A program made the translations under genes and the position numbers. A model generated the notes under the pieces. The model made no database searches. It was not told the DNA's origin and was given only the letters and a program-made list of their open reading frames with translations. Below are positions 60,331-64,000 of a stretch of DNA of 64,000 nt, piece after piece. This stretch comes from Fimbriosthenelais zetlandica (lineage: Eukaryota), in NCBI GenBank assembly GCA_977030845.1, contig OZ365111.1, positions 40,858,001 to 40,922,000 of the forward strand, written 5' to 3'. How positions within the stretch are numbered: position 1 is the first letter of the stretch; each line of letters begins with the position of its first letter.

Positions 60331-63300
60331 GATTCATTTCGGAGCAAAAGAAACCAGAGAAGGCTTCAATGACCCATCCTTCCCTAGCATGCAGGGTGCA
60401 TGATAGCAGGATGCTTTCCACTAGATATGTTAGAACTCAACCTGCTATAGGGAAAGATGCTGTGACCTGTTAATGATATTAGTGAGAGGTACCAATATGC
60501 GAGTATTCGCCACTACAAGTCTAGGTGACTCGTATCATATTCCGGGTTGAGGGTGATCATTTCGCCCAGGTATATCACATTACCATCCTATAAAGCTGAC
60601 TGTGGTACGCTTCAAGCGCTTGGGTTCCATCAATGTACTATAGATCCAACAGGGGTTGGCCCAGCCCAATAAAACCAACCCAAAGGCTGGTCCGACGAGG
60701 GGAACTGGGAGAAGGAGGTATAGTGTGACCGGCAATATAATCCACTGGCATTCAGGGTTTATATATGGACCCTATAATCCCCTATGTATACTACTGCATT
60801 TTATACAGCTTTGACTTACACAGATATTGGTCCTAAAGCACTGGTTGAACCTTATAGTATGTCTGTGGAAGTGACACCAACACACAGGTCCCTATCTTGT
60901 GTCGTGATCGGATCCTCTCCTCCATAAATAATTATCACCTCCCATCACAGGTGCAGACCTGTATAGTCTACAGTGACTCATGGATCCTATAGGACCACGT
61001 GTGAGAAAGGACGGTGTTAGGAATACACGGGCAGCAGGATGGCAAGGGTTAAACTAGCAGACTGTCAATATGTGTTTTGGTATACGTCTTGGAAGGAGAA
61101 CTGGCAGTGGCTGACAGCTGGAGAAGTCACAGGCTAAGCTGACCACTGGTTTATAAGCTAAGAATCCAAGGTTTTTTTTCTGCCTCCTTAAATTCTTGGG
61201 TCACCTCCACTCGTGAGTGACAATCGGGAGGTATGACGGGGACAGAAGTTTAGAAAATGTCAACATGTGAAAATGTTAAGTGACCTGACGAGAATGTGTG
61301 AGAGTTGGTGACAGAGCAGACAGGGGGAACAGAAAACTGACAGAGATGGTTATCCTGGCTAGTTGGTCATTCACTTCCCTCGAACATATAAAGCATTGCT
61401 CTGAAACTCGTTTGCCTCCTTTTTGTCTCCTTTAACCAGCTCCTTTTCCACAGGGTCATCCTTGCCGATACATACCACATTTCCTTCAGCTTGTTCTGCT
61501 GGCGTCATCAAACAACAGGGAGCAGTTGTCTTCAACAAGCCAAGACTATATAGCTTTCTCCCAGCACAACCCAATACAGTCAGCTGCAAGCATCCCCAAT
61601 CACACTCTGGGCTGATGAGAATTTAATCCTTGACCTCTTGGCAAAGTATCCTGCCTCTTTCTCCATTTTATCTCCAACGGTAATCGCTGCAGCTAGCCTC
61701 TGTACATCCTACACCGACCGGGCCATGTTTGTGGCTGTGGAAGGGAACGAGGTATCTCTTAGCTACTTCTGACTGCAGTGGCTGCTGCATCTGCTCCTCC
61801 AGAGCCCATCTGCCTCAGATGTACTGGTGACTGCTCCACCACCATACACCTGCTTCCTTCTGATACCAGTATTAAACCATCTGCTTACAACTCCCTTCCT
61901 CATTCTCCTCCTCCAACTCCTTCTTCTTCTTCTTCTTCTCCTCCTCCAGCATCTGCCTCATAAGACCCTCCTCCATGGTGATGTAGTTCCTCTTGCTACT
62001 CCAGGCTCTCTTCTCCAGCATCTGCCCCCATCATGTTCCCCCCTCATCCTCTCCCCATCATAGCCAGCGGTGCTGCCTCTGGCAGATGTTCTATTTAGCA
62101 GACCTGGTTCCCAGCAAGCACCCCCCTCCAACAACTCCCTGCCCACCACACCTCCTCCCTACAGGATTCTTACAGATGAATGACGATGTACCATCCCCCC
62201 GTGAGAAACTCTTCCTAATCTGGTACATTCATGAATTGGCCGTCTCTAAGCTGATTGGAACTCACAAAAAAATCATGCTCAATATAAGGAGCATGGTCTG
62301 ATTGGAAATGAAGCTATCTTATCAGAACAGGTCTGAAATGTTAGGATGGTTAAAAGCAGTTCAAAGATTGGGGTACAGAAATGTGGGCACATATCTTAAC
62401 AGGTGTGAAGGTGGTAAGCAGCATATGGAAATTGGAGATGGCATCAGGCAGTGGCAGCAATAAACAGACGTGTCATTAGGAGCTTGTATAATGTTGATCA
62501 GATATATAAGGCTGTGTCAGAATCATGTTCGTCCATGCTTTCATTGCATTCAGCTCATGACTTCCATCTCACCTCTGGTATGTGAGACGAAGGTGGGGAT
62601 CTGTGACCCAACACATCACCCCTATATACAGTGTCCCAGTCCATTGACCACTCTGACCATTAATAAGCATCAATCCCCCAGCAAGCATCTGCCCTGGAGG
62701 AAGGCATTATAAGCTCACTGCTATAACCACCTCCCTGTGCAGTCGCTCAGACGACCGGGTGAGGGAGTGGCATAAATACCTTGACCGATGATGCATGAAA
62801 TGTTTGCAGTGACCGCGCTCGATTGGGCAGAGCAGAGGAAATAGCCAATGCTGTGATTGCCACCACGGTAAGAGAGGCATACAGAGCGTCCGAGCTGCAG
62901 CTCAGATTACAGCGCCAATTGGATTTACAGCACCCACAGACAACGAACTATCCACTAATGATGGCCAAAATCAGATCAGACAACCAATGAAAAATGGACA
63001 GTGCTCGGGTCAGGGGTCGGTGGTTTGTGTATATATATGCAGCAAGGGGACGTGGAGAAATACAGGGGGAAGTAAGTAGGTATGGAGCAGGGCCCGTAAA
63101 GGAGTATAGGGGGAGCAAGGGAGCAGAGTTATAGCGGGATGGGGTATAAGGAGATGGTGAGGTGCAGAGAGGAAGTATAGGGAAGGGGATTGGGCACACG
63201 TTTGGGGTGCAGGCAATGCCAGGTGATTTAGATGGCTGGGTGGTCAATTGGCATTCTGCCAGAGGATTGACCATTCTAACTGACCAGCAAACTGACCATA

Positions 63301-64000
63301 TCCTGGTTAGGTGGGACTTGATACCCTATAAGCAACACAGTATATAGGCATTTGGGTAACAATATAATACTATCATAAATTGCCTAAACTTTAATAGGAA
63401 AACCAGCCGGAGAGTATTAATATTTTGAAGAGTTTCTCTCATTTTCCATTTAATAGGAATATATATGAAACTTAGTTAAGAAGGCATTTTCTTTCATATT
63501 AGGATTAAGCAGCATCCCTTTTTTGCTCACCTTCCTCTAGTGTTTAACACTAACGCGTTGACCTTGATTGGAAGTGATATAAATTGCTCCATACAAGAAA
63601 CCTTCTTGCCGTGTCCGGATAATGTGATTTACTATAGATCAGGTCTCGCTCTGCTCTGACGCCATCAATTCTCTCTCCGTACCATGCAGCCCTCCATCTA
63701 CCCATGCCAGATTCAATCCCATAAAAACCTACATATCGGCAAACCCATACATAAGGGGCCTTATCATCAGTCTTAGCTTGCCCCACTGCTCCTCAACCGA
63801 ACCCAGGAACCCATACTGGCCAGCGTTGGCAGAATAACCTTGGGAGCCACAATCTCCAAGTCATTATGCTTATGTACCCTAGACCGTATATATATATAAG
63901 GCACTCGGTGCCAATGTATCTTTAGCCTATGACGTCAGTGTTAGTGATGCGATGTGTCTGTCGGGTGAGCCCCATGATGATCTCCTGCCGCAGGTCGGGG

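Overview
Eukaryotic (invertebrate metazoan, probably lophotrochozoan; inferred from the protein sequence and repeat content) genomic DNA. Almost the whole window lies inside one minus-strand gene, an EHBP1 (EH-domain-binding protein 1) orthologue. I can splice 13 confident exons with GT-AG boundaries and consistent phases: 53586-53752, 42315-42363, 33476-34305, 32988-33066, 27592-27750, 26824-26973, 26175-26297, 24172-24400, 21142-21263, 20803-20908, 20386-20489, 18278-18398 and 18055-18151. They cover the CH domain, the low-complexity/coiled-coil middle and the first half of the bMERB (DUF3585) domain. The NT-C2 exons (right of the window) and the last bMERB exons (left of the window or in the N gap) were not found. 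Five further candidate cassette or micro-exons (33, 117, 27, 45 and 40 nt) have a phase arrangement suggesting two mutually exclusive splicing paths. The introns are very uneven (11.2 kb, 8.0 kb, 5.1 kb and >=18 kb versus 0.1-2 kb). They contain CpG- and motif-dense islands, MITEs, a SINE remnant, microsatellites and an excess of TACATGTA/TAGGCCTA palindromes. I found no intact transposase, reverse transcriptase, tRNA, rRNA or CRISPR array. All exon calls are manual, from sequence only, without transcript data.
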